Positions 35,709-47,539 of a stretch of 64,000 nucleotides of DNA are shown one piece after another (position 1 is the first letter of the stretch; each line of letters starts with the position of its first letter). This DNA is from Hypanus sabinus (Eukaryota). The stretch spans positions 310,001-374,000 of the forward strand of contig NW_026780455.1 of NCBI RefSeq assembly GCF_030144855.1, given 5' to 3'. A program made the position numbers and the translations under genes. The notes beneath the pieces are model-generated. The model was not told where the DNA came from. It worked only from the letters and a program-made list of their open reading frames with translations, and did not search any database.

Positions 35709-36668
35709 ATGTTGCTCTTTCTGATCTACATCCTCGCCATCCGCTGAGTGAAAGTTCCAAATTGTTTTCTTTTTTCTTTACCCCCGTCCTTCTTTCAAAT
35801 TCCCTTCTGTTGTCGTCTTGAAGTCATTATTGTACAGTTACGAACCCTTACTTCCGCGCCCTGTCTTCCCTGTGCCGCTGCCTCTAAATTCTGCTCTCTT
35901 CTTGAAATTTCCCGACTCCGGCCCTCCTCTGTCCTTTCTTCGAGACTCGTTCCTTTTTTCCCCTTCCCCATTGACGCGAATCTCAGTTTGCAGCACCCCG
36001 CCCCCCCCCCACCAGCACCACCAAAGTGAGCGTGTTAATTGCTGCACGAATCGCCATTTCCAATAGTGGGAGAACAAATACACATCATTGATGTCACGGT
36101 TTCTACTACCAACTCGAGGGAAATTCGCAAACTCATTCTGTTTGTCTCCCTCCATTCCTTTCTCCTAGCCCCATTTCCTCTCCACCGTTCGCAGTCTAAT
36201 TGTGTGCTTGCCTCTTCTACTTTCCACACACTCCCTGTCTTCCCTCTTCCGTCTCTTCTCCATTCCGACAGCCTCGCCACAAGCCCCAATTTTAAACCTC
36301 CCTCATTTTTTTTCTACTGTACACCTCGTCTTCGTCATCGGCAATTCACCATCCTTCCAGTAAACTCACCTCCCCCTGTTGCCATACTCTTCTCCAGTGG
36401 TGATCCACCAGACGCCGGCTTTCGCCGGAACTTCCGGCCAGAAGGTGACCCTGAATTGCATAGTGGAGGGTAACAACTTGTAGTGGTACCGGCAATACCG
36501 AGACAGGGTCTAGAGACCATGTTTTACTCGATGATAGCTAATACCGTGCTGCCAGAGGAATTGGGCGGTGGATTTCCGGCGAAGAGACCACTTAACAGCG
36601 AGTTTTTGCTGAAGTCCGACAAACTGGAGGCGAATTCGTCGGCCGTCTATTTCTGCACCTGGAGTGAT
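35709..36668 (+). pseudogene. TRBV: TCR V segment Vk (family A), pseudogene
   Basis: Leader MLLFLIYILAIR 35709-35745 with a damaged donor (ctgtgagt>ctgagt) and an enlarged ~650-bp intron. Exon from ~36398 has a shortened CDR1, a TAG before WYR and a frameshift; ends YFCTWSD. Confidence 0.88.
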
Positions 36669-36707
36669 CACGGCGGCTCAGAGTGACGGGGCAGCTGAAA
36701 TAAAACT
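36669..36707 (+). other. 23-RSS of Vk (degenerate nonamer)
   Basis: CACGGCG-23 nt-AATAAAACT. Confidence 0.8.
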
Positions 36708-37400
36708 CTCACTGCCAGAACAGCGAAACAGGAAAGACGAGTCCTGTCAATCATATGGTGGGAGGACGGTCTACCATTGAATAATGTTCGCCCTAGCCGC
36801 CAATCAGTAAGTGAAGGGGGGGGGGGACTTTTTGCATTTATGTCTTACCCTAAAGTATTTAGCTGCGTGAAGATTATCCGTGCACTATTTTTCCCACACA
36901 CTTCATTGTCTTCCTACAGATCCTCATTAAGGGATGTTGGTAACTTTTGAGTACGTCCGATAGTCGCTCATCATGTGCAGTCCCCCAGATCAAACCTCCC
37001 GTTCTTCGTCCCTTTTGTTCACTCATTCGCGGGAAGTTCACGACTGCTGAGGACTGGAGGACCTCGTTCTGTAAGAGTAGGCCGTAAAAACCCGTGAATG
37101 GTGGGGAGTATCCAGCGACTAATGGTGTTCGCTTTGAATCCTCCCGCAGCCATCATGAACGAAACAAACACCAAACCTAGAAGATAATAAAATAAACATA
37201 TCGGTCAAACCGCAGAGAAGCAGCAAAGAACGCAGAGAATATTAACCATCAGTCAGAGCAGGAAGATGTACATGGAAACATATCCTTGAGGTTGGGTACT
37301 GGAGAAGAATATCTATCGTCTTCCTCACAGATCTGCTCTCTCTACCTCTGCCATTGAGCGAAATGAGAGGGTGAGCGACATGTGAAGGCACAGGCCGCTA

Positions 37401-37413
37401 CCACTAGGGGGCC
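37401..37413 (+). promoter_or_regulatory. CTCF-like motif upstream of Vl
   Basis: CCACTAGGGGGCC. Confidence 0.62.
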
Positions 37414-38157
37414 TAAATGCGCTGGGTTAAAAGTTATCTTGCATTGCTCGAATGGTATGAGAGGGAACGAATTGCCTGAGTACAGTGACCTTTCGATTTG
37501 GATGGATCACGACAAGCGCTCAGNNNNNNNNNNNNNNNNNNNNNNNNNNNNNNNNNNNNNNNNNNNNNNNNNNNNNNNNNNNNNNNNNNNNNNNNNNNNN
37601 NNNNNNNNNNNNNNNNNNNNNNNNNNNNNNNNNNNNNNNNNNNNNNNNNNNNNNNNNNNNNNNNNNNNNNNNNNNNNNNNNNNNNNNNNNNNNNNNNNNN
37701 NNNNNNNNNNNNNNNNNNNNNNNNNNNNNNNNNNNNCATACAGGGCACAGTTTCAGACATAACAGCGCGAAGCCCACATCACGACACACCAGTGATCTCA
37801 TCGAAAGAGAGCTGCACGAGGGTCCATCTCCTTTCACCGGTTTCTGTCGATTTCCGAAATTACGAAGTCTTGGGGGCAATTAAAAAAATCATACACAGTC
37901 AGCTAAAGGTGGAGAGGAAAGAAGGGAGTGTGAGGGACGGGGACAGCGACAGAGAGAGTGTACTGTGTGGCCAAACTGGTAGACCGGAGGCAGCAGCCCT
38001 CGAATAAGGTCGGAGAATGGAAGGGGCGTGGCCAATGCCTACGTCCTCAAGTCCACCTACGTCACCGGTATATGTATCCGACCGGATGGAAGTGAATGAA
38101 TTCGTCTCTGCTGCACACGCCACGTTCATCACTGAGAGAGTCAACCCGACAAGGAAG

Positions 38158-38788
38158 ATGTTTCTCTTTCTGCAATTCATCCTCGCCTTCCGCTGTGAGT
38201 GAAAGTTCCAAATATTTTTTTCCTCTCTGCTTCTTTTTTCCTTTCACGTTTCTTCCACTTTCTTTCCCCTCCCATAATCTATGACTCGTACCTTATTTAT
38301 TCACGAGCCCCCGCGTTCAAACTATCTGCCCTCTGCCGCCGCTATTAAATTCCGCCCTTCTATCGAAATATCCCCTTCTTCAGTCATTTTATTTGCGTCC
38401 TTCAATGCACACTGTGTACCCTGCTCCCCATTGATCCGTGTCTCCGCTTCCCTTCTTCCCGTTCAGCCAATCCCGTCTCTTTTTTCCAGACGCGACCTCG
38501 GTGACGATCCATCAGACTCCGGCTTTCTCCGGAACTGCCGGCCGGAACGTGACGCTGCGTTGTACAGTCGAGGGTAGCATCAGTGCCAGCAATTGGTTGT
38601 ACTGGTACCGACAATACCCGGGAAAGGGTCCGGAGTACATGTTTTACTCGAACACAGCTAATTCCGTGTACCCAAAGGAATTGGTCAGCGGTTTTACGGC
38701 GGGGAGACCGCAGACCGACAAGTTCTTCCTGACGTCTAACAAACTGGAGGCGAGTTCGTCGGCCGTGTATTTCTGCGGCTGGAGTGAT
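38158..38788 (+). CDS. TRBV: TCR V segment Vl (family A), open
   Basis: Leader MFLFLQFILAFR 38158-38194 with gtgagt donor; exon 38490-38788 ending YFCGWSD. Paralogue of Vd. Confidence 0.92.
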
Positions 38789-38827
38789 CACGGCGGCTCA
38801 GAGTGACGGGGCAACTGTACAAAAACT
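38789..38827 (+). other. 23-RSS of Vl
   Basis: CACGGCG-23 nt-ACAAAAACT. Confidence 0.92.
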
Positions 38828-40459
38828 CACACTGTCAGCGGGGTCGCTGCTGGCAGCTGAACAGGATATGCGAAGTCTGTCAATCAGCGGTTGGGAGGAG
38901 GGTCTATCAGTGAGGCGCTGCGCCCTGGCGATCAATCGATGAGAGAAGGGGCGGAACTATTCCATTTAATATTCTCCCTTATTAAGGATTGTTATCGGTG
39001 AAGATGATCCGTGCACTAAACTCTCCGCTCCATCATTCCTTTTTTTATGTGCGGTCTCCCCGCATATCTCCAGCGCCAGAGGATCGTAACCTTTGAGTGC
39101 GACTGGCCATCGCTCATCATGTGCCGTCCACAGGATCAAATCTACCGCTCTTTATCCCTTCTGTTCATTCGCCGAAGCACAGCACAAGCTGGGATGTTGG
39201 AGACAATTGAGGATCAGAAGGACCCCGGTGTATAAGGGTCGTACGTAAACGTTGTGAATGGTGGGGAGTGTCGAGGGACAGTGGGACCACCTTATATAAG
39301 GGAATGACTAACAAACCGTCTATGTCGGGGACAGACCAGGGGAAAAAGGTGCACAATGAGTGGAACACACGCTTTGAACAAGTACAGGCTGGCAGGTGAT
39401 AGAAAAGATCAGGCGAGGGGGAAAGATGGGCGGATGGGGTTGTGAGGGCATTTGTTTGAGATGCTGGGAGTAGACAGCTGGAATAGATAAAGAGAGGAAG
39501 TAGGTCAGCTGACACTGGAGAGCGGTGACTCATGGGAATAGGTTCAGGAGGGGCGGAACCGGAAGGACATGATGGACAGGTGAGACGGTAAGAGGTAGGT
39601 TGGTATCACGAAAAGGGAACGGAAAGAGCAAGGAGTGGTGGACAAATCCCTAGATCTCAGTGTAACAGTGGTCCACAGTGTAATTTCCTCTGGTACTGCG
39701 GGTAATCTGGTGGTAATAATTATTAGCGACATTATCAGGCCGGTCTGGTCGATGTCCCCCAACATGCCGGGGAAGGCATCGGGACGGGCTGTTTCATATC
39801 TGTTGATTAAATCGCACATTTCGTCCAGAGCCCGTTTGGCATGAGCCTGAGGTGGAACGAACAGCGCCTCCGAAAAGATGGCCTGAGACCTAAATTATGA
39901 GGTATTCCAGGTCTGGAATGCAAATGCCTTTGGAATATTCGAAGCTGGAAGGCACATATCCACGGGAAGCAGGATTAAAGTAGATGGTGAATGAAACATA
40001 CGGAAGCGAGGGAGCCTGGACCACCTCAAATCTGTGGATAACATGTTGGCAGCTGGATTCCGCTATGCTGTAAGGCGATGGAGAAGGCGGGTACTTCCCG
40101 GTATGGAAGCGATGCCACGGTCAAGAAACAATAAATAAATAAATTTGATAACAATTGCGGTGCGTGTTGGGGTCCCGAGAACCTACTTACCAATTTATTT
40201 TAAACGTTTTCCTTGTGATATTTGCCACCGCGCTCCGAATCATCTAAACCCGTCCGCTTTGCATGTTTACACCTCGGCTCTTGCCGTCAGCTTCTCAACA
40301 GCGGAAGCCATTCAAAGGAGGTACACCGCTACGGAAGTGACGTGTTGTCACTCAGCCAACGGGAAGACCTTTATCAGGCCGCGCAGAGAGACCTCACTGA
40401 CATCAGATACCGAGCTTCATTCTGTTCCACACAGCGGAACTACCCTCATTCTGTAAACG

Positions 40460-41334
40460 ATGGTGCGGGGGTCAATTTGCCTCCCGCTGATTCTGGTGGC
40501 GATCCCACGTAAATTAAAATCACAGGTCTGGGGTTACGGGGGCACGGAATGCCCTCTGTAGTGCAGTATCGGTTAGATTTCCTCGGCCGATCTCTGATAA
40601 CTCGTTAACGCGCTTTTCTGTGATGTGCTGCCGGATAGAGCATTTAAACGGCATCTGCTTCAGCTTGGAAGGATATATCAAGCGATTTTTCTGAGGGTGT
40701 GTGGGGCCCTGCGACGAATTGAACGCGGACCAAACGCGACTATGCGAATATCCTGCAGGGTATTCAACGGCAGTTCTTCACTCCGTTTCAATGGCTCTCG
40801 TTGTGTCTGAATCAGAGTGAGTCGGAGTCGGAGCTGTCTCGCCTGTTGCGTGTCTATTCAGCCCGTCGATTCTCACCGCCAGTGGAATCTGGTCGTGCCG
40901 CGAGGATGGCCAATCGTGTCAATGGAAACGTGAGCAGGGTCTTCGAGATCGCCAGAAATGTCCTTCAGTCCAGCTCAGCTCTTGATGTTCAATCGAAAAA
41001 AAAATTGGAGTCGAATCTTTTCTTTTTTTCTATCTTCTAGGGATTCTCTCCGCGTATGTGGAGCAGTCGCCGTCCTCCCTGTCAATCGGTGTGGGACAGC
41101 CGTTCAGCATCGAATGCACTGTGCTGAATACGCGCTTTCAAGATCTGTATTGGTACAGACAGCGATCGGACCGGATAATAGATGCTCTCTTCTATTCTGT
41201 TGGACAAGGTTCGGTTAGAAACTACACATCCGATTCCTTCACGGCGACAAGACACAGAAGCACTCTGTTTAAACTGGAACTGGGACGGGCATCAGCCTCC
41301 CACTCCGCCGTCTACTACTGCGCTTGTAGTAGCG
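40460..41334 (+). CDS. TRBV: TCR V segment Vm (family B), open
   Basis: Leader MVRGSICLPLILVAIP 40460-40508 (donor gtaaat); exon 41041-41334 ending YYCACSS. Confidence 0.9.
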
Positions 41335-41373
41335 CACAGAACTTCAGATAACGAGTCTCCCCCTGTAAAAACC
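41335..41373 (+). other. 23-RSS of Vm (weakened nonamer)
   Basis: CACAGAA-23 nt-GTAAAAACC. Confidence 0.83.
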
Positions 41374-41412
41374 TTCCGGCCTGCAGCAGGGAGGTTCGGG
41401 GGCGATGTTGTT

Positions 41413-41426
41413 CCAGTAGGTGGCAG
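41413..41426 (+). promoter_or_regulatory. RSS-proximal CTCF-like motif (Vm)
   Basis: CCAGTAGGTGGCAG ~40 bp 3' of the nonamer. Confidence 0.65.
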
Positions 41427-42844
41427 CACAAGACCGTGTTCGACTGCTCCTTTCTGTCACGAACGGGCTGCACTCGGCTGCATTTCCGCGCGTGCACCTG
41501 CTACCTCATATATCGCATCGACAAGCAAAGGGGCTTTGATGAATAACGGCCTGCTGTACCAGCTGATCTGCAACTGACGGCAGGAAACCCGAGAGGGCCC
41601 TGCCCACAGCTCAGCACATCGCTCAAACCTCCCCTCATTCCGCTCATCTCGTTACCTCAGAAATGGACCCGATGATAATAAAGGCTCCAGTCACCAATCC
41701 AGCAGCTTCTCTGCCTTCGTTACCCTACTCTTATGCTCGAGGACGGGACAATAATGTGGTTTCTCGACATCACAATCTACCTCTCCCTAGTCCTGTTCAC
41801 CCTCACTGCGGTTTTCTCTGTAGAATTTAATCATTTTTGATGAACATTATTCTACACCGATACACTGTGATCTGTGTGCAAGACCAGATTTTCACTGTAA
41901 CTTCATAGCTGCAGCAAGTGTAAACGGATTTATTAAATTACCTTTCTCTGTATCGATGCAAAATGTAATGAATTGTTTTCTGCGAACAAGCTTTACACGG
42001 CATAACTGTATAGGGCTAGACATTATAATTCTGAATCCCATTCACCTTCTGGCGTGTGGGTTCTTGGCGACCCCTGGCGTCAAGAAGCTACAGTCAAGGT
42101 AGAGTAGCAACTTCTTCTGTTCCATCTGAGTTACCTCCAACTTGATGGTGTATAACACTGTTACTTTTTCCTTTTGGTCGCATGATTGTTGCTTCTCTCT
42201 TGAAACTCTCCTCCTTCCCCTTCCCCTGTTTTCCGTCTCCTCTCCTATCACATTCTTCCAACTCCAGCCCCCGACCCTTTCCCTTTTACCCATCCCGCAA
42301 CTATTATTTCAGAAATTTTCCTGCACCCTCCAGCCCGCTCCACTTTTCACTCCCAGTCCTGATGAAGGGTCTTGGCCGGAATGGTCCAATGTTACACTTT
42401 TCCACGCGACATCAAGAGCGGGAGGGCGCGGGTCTTCGGCCACAGAAAATCCTTCCATCTATTGACCAAAATATGCAGAACCGGCTTCTCGCCACGTGAG
42501 GGCAGCAATGCGCTGCGTATGTTGGTGATCCTCTGCTATTGCAGCCCATCCGCTTCACGGTTCAACATATTGTGCATTCAGAGATGATCTTCTGCACACC
42601 ACTGTTGTAACACGTGGTCACTTGAATTACTGCCGCCTTCCTCTCAGCTTACCAAATTAAACAGCTAAGTCTTCAATTTCAATTCCATCCTGCAGCCCAA
42701 CTATTCGTATAGTCAGAAACGAAGGAGCCGGTCGTGGACGACCGGAGGAGTGGAGAGGGTCTGACCACCCCCCCCTCGTGGCATCGCTGGACCTGGGGCT
42801 GAGAGGGTGAACAGCTTTGTTCCAACGGCACAAACATCCCCGAG

Positions 42845-43285
42845 GGGATGTTCTACGAGGCTGTGGTGGCCAGTGCTATCATGTTTGCTGTTGTGTGCTG
42901 GGGCAGCAGGCTGAGGGTAGCAGACACCCACAGAATCAACAAACTCATTCGTAAGGCCAGTGATGTTGTGGGGGTGGAACTGGACTCTCTGACGATGGTG
43001 ACTGAAAAGACGATGCTGTCCAAGTTGCATGCCATCTTGGGCAATGTCTCCCATCCACTCCGTAATGTACTGGTTAGGCACAGGAGTACAGTCAGCCAGA
43101 GACTCATTCCACCGAGATGTAACACTGAGCGTCATAGGAAGTCATTCCTGCCTGTGGCCATCAAACTTTACAACTCCTCCCTCGGAGTGTCAGACACCCT
43201 GAGCCAATAGGCTGGTTCTGGACTTATTTCCACTGGGCATGATTAACGTTATTATTGTTTAATTATTTATGGTTTTATATTGCTA
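42845..43285 (+). mobile_element. Rex1/Babar-like LINE 3' end
   Basis: MFYEAVVASAIMFAVVCWGSRLRVADTHRINKLIRKAS...SFLPVAIKLYNSS. Confidence 0.8.
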
Positions 43286-43699
43286 TAAAACTATTTCAGT
43301 GTAATAACTTGAGTCTCCAGCTCTTTCGATCCATTACTGTTCTTCTCCAGTTGGTCTTTAATTGAATTCAGTGTTGGAACCATACCTTCAGCCCACAACG
43401 GCATTTGATCAGATCTTTCCTTCTGCATCTTTCCCTCTCCGTTGCCTTTATCACTAGATTCAGACACGTTCTTCCCACTCCTCAAAGACATATCGTTCCC
43501 CTTCAAGAATCAGCAACTAAAAGTTTTAAATTCAAAGTCTAAACTGGGGGAGTGGGGGAAGGAAAAAAAAAAGCTCAGGGCAGCGCAGAAACTGCTGTTA
43601 ACTCATTCACAGACAGACGCAGTCTCTTGTGCCTTTTTTTACAAGCGGCGAGGTGTTGATGGGCCATGTCAGCTGTTTCGACAATATAACACCAAGGAA

Positions 43700-44870
43700 C
43701 TTTAGGTTCTCCACATTAGGGTCTGCAGATATGTAATCAGCCAATCATGTGTCAGGAATTTGACAAGGTACCCCATGAAAGGCTAATTGAGACATTAAGG
43801 AGGTATGGGATCCAGGGGGGCACTGCTTTCTGGATCAAGAATTGGCTTGCCCACAGAAGGCAAAGAGTGGTTGTAGACAGGCCATATTGTGTACGGTGGT
43901 CGGTGACCAGTGGAGCGGCTCCAAGATCTGTTCTGAGACCAATACCCTTCGTGATTTTTTTATCAAATTACCTATTTGATCAAGTGGAGGGATGGGTTGG
44001 TAAGTTTGCTGATGACACAAAGCTTGGGGGTGTTGTGTGTCGTGTGGAGGGCTGTCAGAGTTGCAATGGGACATCGATAGGATGCAAAACTGGGCTGAGA
44101 ACTGGTAGATTGAATTCATCCCAAATAAGTGTGAGCTGGTTCGTTTTGGTAAGTCAAATATGATGGCAGAACAAAGTATTAATATTAAAACTCTTGGCAG
44201 TGTGGAGGATCAGAGGGATCTTGGGGTGCCAGTCCACAGGACGCTCAAAGCACAGGTTGACTCTGTGATTAAGAAAGCGTCCGGTGTGTTGGCCTTCATC
44301 AATCGTGGGATTGAGTTTCGGAGCCGAGAGGTAATGTTGCAGCTCTATAGGACCCTGGTCAGACCCCACTTGGAGTACTGGGTCACCTCACTGTAGGAAA
44401 GATGTGGAAACCATATAAAGGGTGAGGAGGAGATCGACAAGGATGTTGCCTGGATTGGGGAGCATGTCTTATGAGAATAGGCTGAGCGGACTCGGCCCTT
44501 TCTCCTTGGAGCGACGGAGGATGAGAGGTGACCTGATAGAGGTGTACAAGATGATGAGATAGTTTTTTTCTACTAGGGTTGAAATGACTAGCACGAGAGG
44601 GAACAGTTTTAAGGTGTTTGTAAGTAGGTCCAGAGAAGATGACGGGTTAGTTGTTTTTACGCAGAGAGTGGTGAGTGCGTGGAATTAGCTGGCGGTGACG
44701 GTGGTGGAGACTGTAGGGTCTTTTATGAGGCTCCTGGACAGGGACATGGAGCTCAGAAAAACAGAGGGCGATGTGTAACCCTAAGTCATTTCTAACGTAG
44801 GGACATGTTCGGCCCAGGTTTGTGGGCCGAAGGGCCTGTATTGTTATGTTGGTTTTCTATGTTTCTATCT
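43700..44870 (+). mobile_element. 5'-truncated CR1 LINE
   Basis: EFDKVPHERL...KFADDTKLGG...LYRTLVRPHLEY, followed by a 3' UTR. Confidence 0.88.
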
Positions 44871-45419
44871 AACTCAAGGCATAAAGGTTTGCAGGCATGG
44901 TCAGGAGGTTCGGGTATTGGTGGGGAGGGGGGAAGGAAGAGTAAAATAAACGTTGGCTTTTATTGACTTGTCTGTTCTTGCAGACGCGATATCCATCTCA
45001 TATCGGGACTTTCTGTTTCGGTGCTTCAATGAACCCTTCCCAACTCTATTGATCGTAAGTGAGTTGTTAACGGATTCCCCGCCTCTTTACTCCTTCCAGT
45101 CCTTTTTACTGACAAGTTTCTGCCCTTCCCTCGCCGATGGGTGGGTTGTCATTACATGAGCGCATTCTCATTTCCCTCCTATTTTCCTCGACGTCTTTCT
45201 CCCTCCTGTTGCCCGCACCGCGTTCCTGTCGCTTTCTCCTCTCTGTTACCGTCCATCTACCGATCTGCATGTTAGTATCTCTTTGGAACCACGCCTGTCT
45301 CTCTGTCCGCCTGTAGTTCCACATGACTTGTTACAAAGACGGTCTCTGCACTGCGTTCCAGTCAGCAAACAGCTTGTTCGGAGTCGGACATTTCCACTTC
45401 TATCTCTCTATCCACCACG

Positions 45420-45610
45420 CGACTCTCCCTCTCTCTCCCTCCCTCTCAGCCCCACTTTCTTTCCCTCCCTGTCTCTGCTCTCAGCTTCTCTCTCACCCTC
45501 TGTCTCTGTCTGTCTCTCTTTCTCTCACTCTCTATCGCTCTCTCTAACTCGCTCTTTGTCTCTCTGTCTGTCAGCCTGTCTGTCTCTCTCTGTCACCCTC
45601 CCTCCCTCTC
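45420..45610. repeat. (TC)-rich low-complexity tract
   Basis: Direct reading; (GA)n tracts also at ~8325-8390 and ~35180-35260. Confidence 0.9.
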
Positions 45611-45904
45611 TCCGGAATGCTCTAGCTGCAATAGTGTCGCTTTAAACACTAGCTACTATGCAGCAACACCACAGAAGCGAGTGACATTGGTGGAGAACAC
45701 GCGCCCAGATGCAATTAAGTGACTTTCCGTTGCGTGTTTCAACTCAGCAGTCTGAACTCCACAGTTCTGAATAGCATCCCAACCTGACATCACTGATTTG
45801 ATTGGTTAGTCGTTAAGGTACGTGGTGACGCCAGACGTCGGCTGTCAACGAGCCACGCATTTTCCCTTCAGGTGACGACAAGCAACCCCCGCACCCAGCT
45901 GTGA

Positions 45905-45943
45905 GGTTTTTGTTAAGCTCCCCGGTCTCTCTGAGCCGCTGTG
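45905..45943 (-). other. 23-RSS of inverted Vn
   Basis: CACAGCG-23 nt-ACAAAAACC on the minus strand. Confidence 0.95.
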
Positions 45944-46661
45944 CTCACTCCAGGCGCAGAAATACACGGCCGACGAACTGGCCTGGAGGCCGGAGGAATT
46001 CAGATAGAACTCGCTGCTACTCGGCCTGTCCGCCGTGAAGCCGTCCACTGGGTCCTTCGGCTGCACGTAGTTAGCTATGCTTGAGGTGAAAAGGGCCTGG
46101 GGTCCGCTTCCCCGGTATTGTCTGTACCAGTAGAGATAATCACTGTCGCTGCTCCCACCCTCCACCCTGCATCTCAGCACCATTTCCTCGCCGGGACGGC
46201 CGGAAAATGCCGGGGTCTGGTGGATCGTAACCGTGTTGGCATCTGGAAAAGAGACGGGGAAGAGAAGAGGGTTCACAAAAGTGGCTCATGGAGTAACAGG
46301 GACGTGAGGGGTATCAAAAATGCGTGGAGGAAAATGATGAGATAGATTGAAGGTCGACACCGAGATGTCATCTGAAAAAGAGCGGAACGGCGGGAAAATA
46401 CATGGATACCCCGGTGCAATTGAGAACGAGGCAAAAAGGTAGATTCAAGACTGGGAACATTGAAAGGAGAGTGTTAAAGATGGAAGATTTATGAGTTCAA
46501 GAGGATTGTGGACAAAGTTGGAACAGAGACGAAGTAAAACAGCCCATTTCGATGGGTTAGATCGCGCGCGAAATGGGAAACGAAAGCGAGCATAATAAAT
46601 AAATATTAGGCAATTGTCACTCACAGTGGAAGGCGAGGACCAGTTGCAACAACAGCAACAT
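45944..46661 (-). CDS. TRBV: Inverted TCR V segment Vn (family A), open
   Basis: Leader MLLLLQLVLAFH 46661-46625 with gtgagt donor; ttccag acceptor. Exon 46242-45944: ANTVTIHQTPAFSGRPGEEMVLRC...WYRQ...YFCAWSE. Confidence 0.93.
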
Positions 46662-47429
46662 GTTCGCTTGGCGTTTCTTCTCTCAGTAATGGACGAACTA
46701 TTCACTCCTTACGTAGCAAGCTGAAACAGGCAATTAGGATTGTCCACGCCCCTTTCCTCTCTGCTCCAATCGGAATGGCGCTGTGTGTAAACGAGACCGC
46801 CGAATCCCCGCCCCGAATTTCGCTGCAGTTGCTTCTCTCCCCTGACACCCTTCCAAACTCCCCTCTCTATCTCTTTGAGTCGGATTTGTCCTCGCTTCCT
46901 TGAACGCGGGCTCGCCGTCCACTCACTCCCTTTCTCCCGTAATTTTTAATTCCATTCCTGCTGACCCACTCCCTGCTCGTCCTCGATGCCGCACTCTGCG
47001 CCGCGTCTCGTAGTCAATTATTAGTCCCATCCGACGGTCTATCAATCTACCCACTTGCCTAATAATTAATTTTAATATATACTGCATATGCATATGTATC
47101 TATTTATTATCTGCCCTATCATTCGTTGTGTGCCTTTTACCCTTGTAAATTGATGTACTACCTCTCCTACTGGACGTCCCCCCGCCGATATGTGACCTAC
47201 CCCGTTTATCTGTTTATCTGTCTTTCTGTCGGCCTGTACGCCTGTCCGTCTATCCGTTTATCAATCTATCTATCTGTCTGTAAACATACCTGTCCGTCTG
47301 ATTGCGGTCTGTCCAGTTTCGTATGAGATGTCCCTAATCACCCGCCTCAAATCAGACTGAATGGCGACCGATGTAAACTCTCTTTCTGTTTTGTTTCTTC
47401 TTGCTGTTCTTCAAGCCTGCCGCTTCCTT

Positions 47430-47452
47430 CACACACACACACACCACCCACA

Positions 47453-47536
<84 letters not shown>
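47430..47536. repeat. (CA)n microsatellite
   Basis: Direct reading. Confidence 0.95.

Positions 47537-47539
<3 letters not shown>

Larger units (their letters stand above)
37250..42650 (+). repeat. Segmental duplicate of ~10430-16100
   Basis: Vd/Vl and Ve/Vm pairs with collinear flanks. Confidence 0.9.

Noticed and set aside
45865-45877. CCTTCAGGTGACG as a CTCF site beside the Vn RSS
   Set aside because: Mismatches at core positions; too weak without a scan.
1007-46661. IgH, IgNAR, NAR-TCR or TCR alpha/delta/gamma identity for the V genes
   Set aside because: No octamer, no adjacent functional D-J-C clusters and no YYCA(R/K)-type ending. CAWS/CAC endings, 23-RSS and CRE-type promoters fit TCR beta best. 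The assignment still needs a phylogeny.
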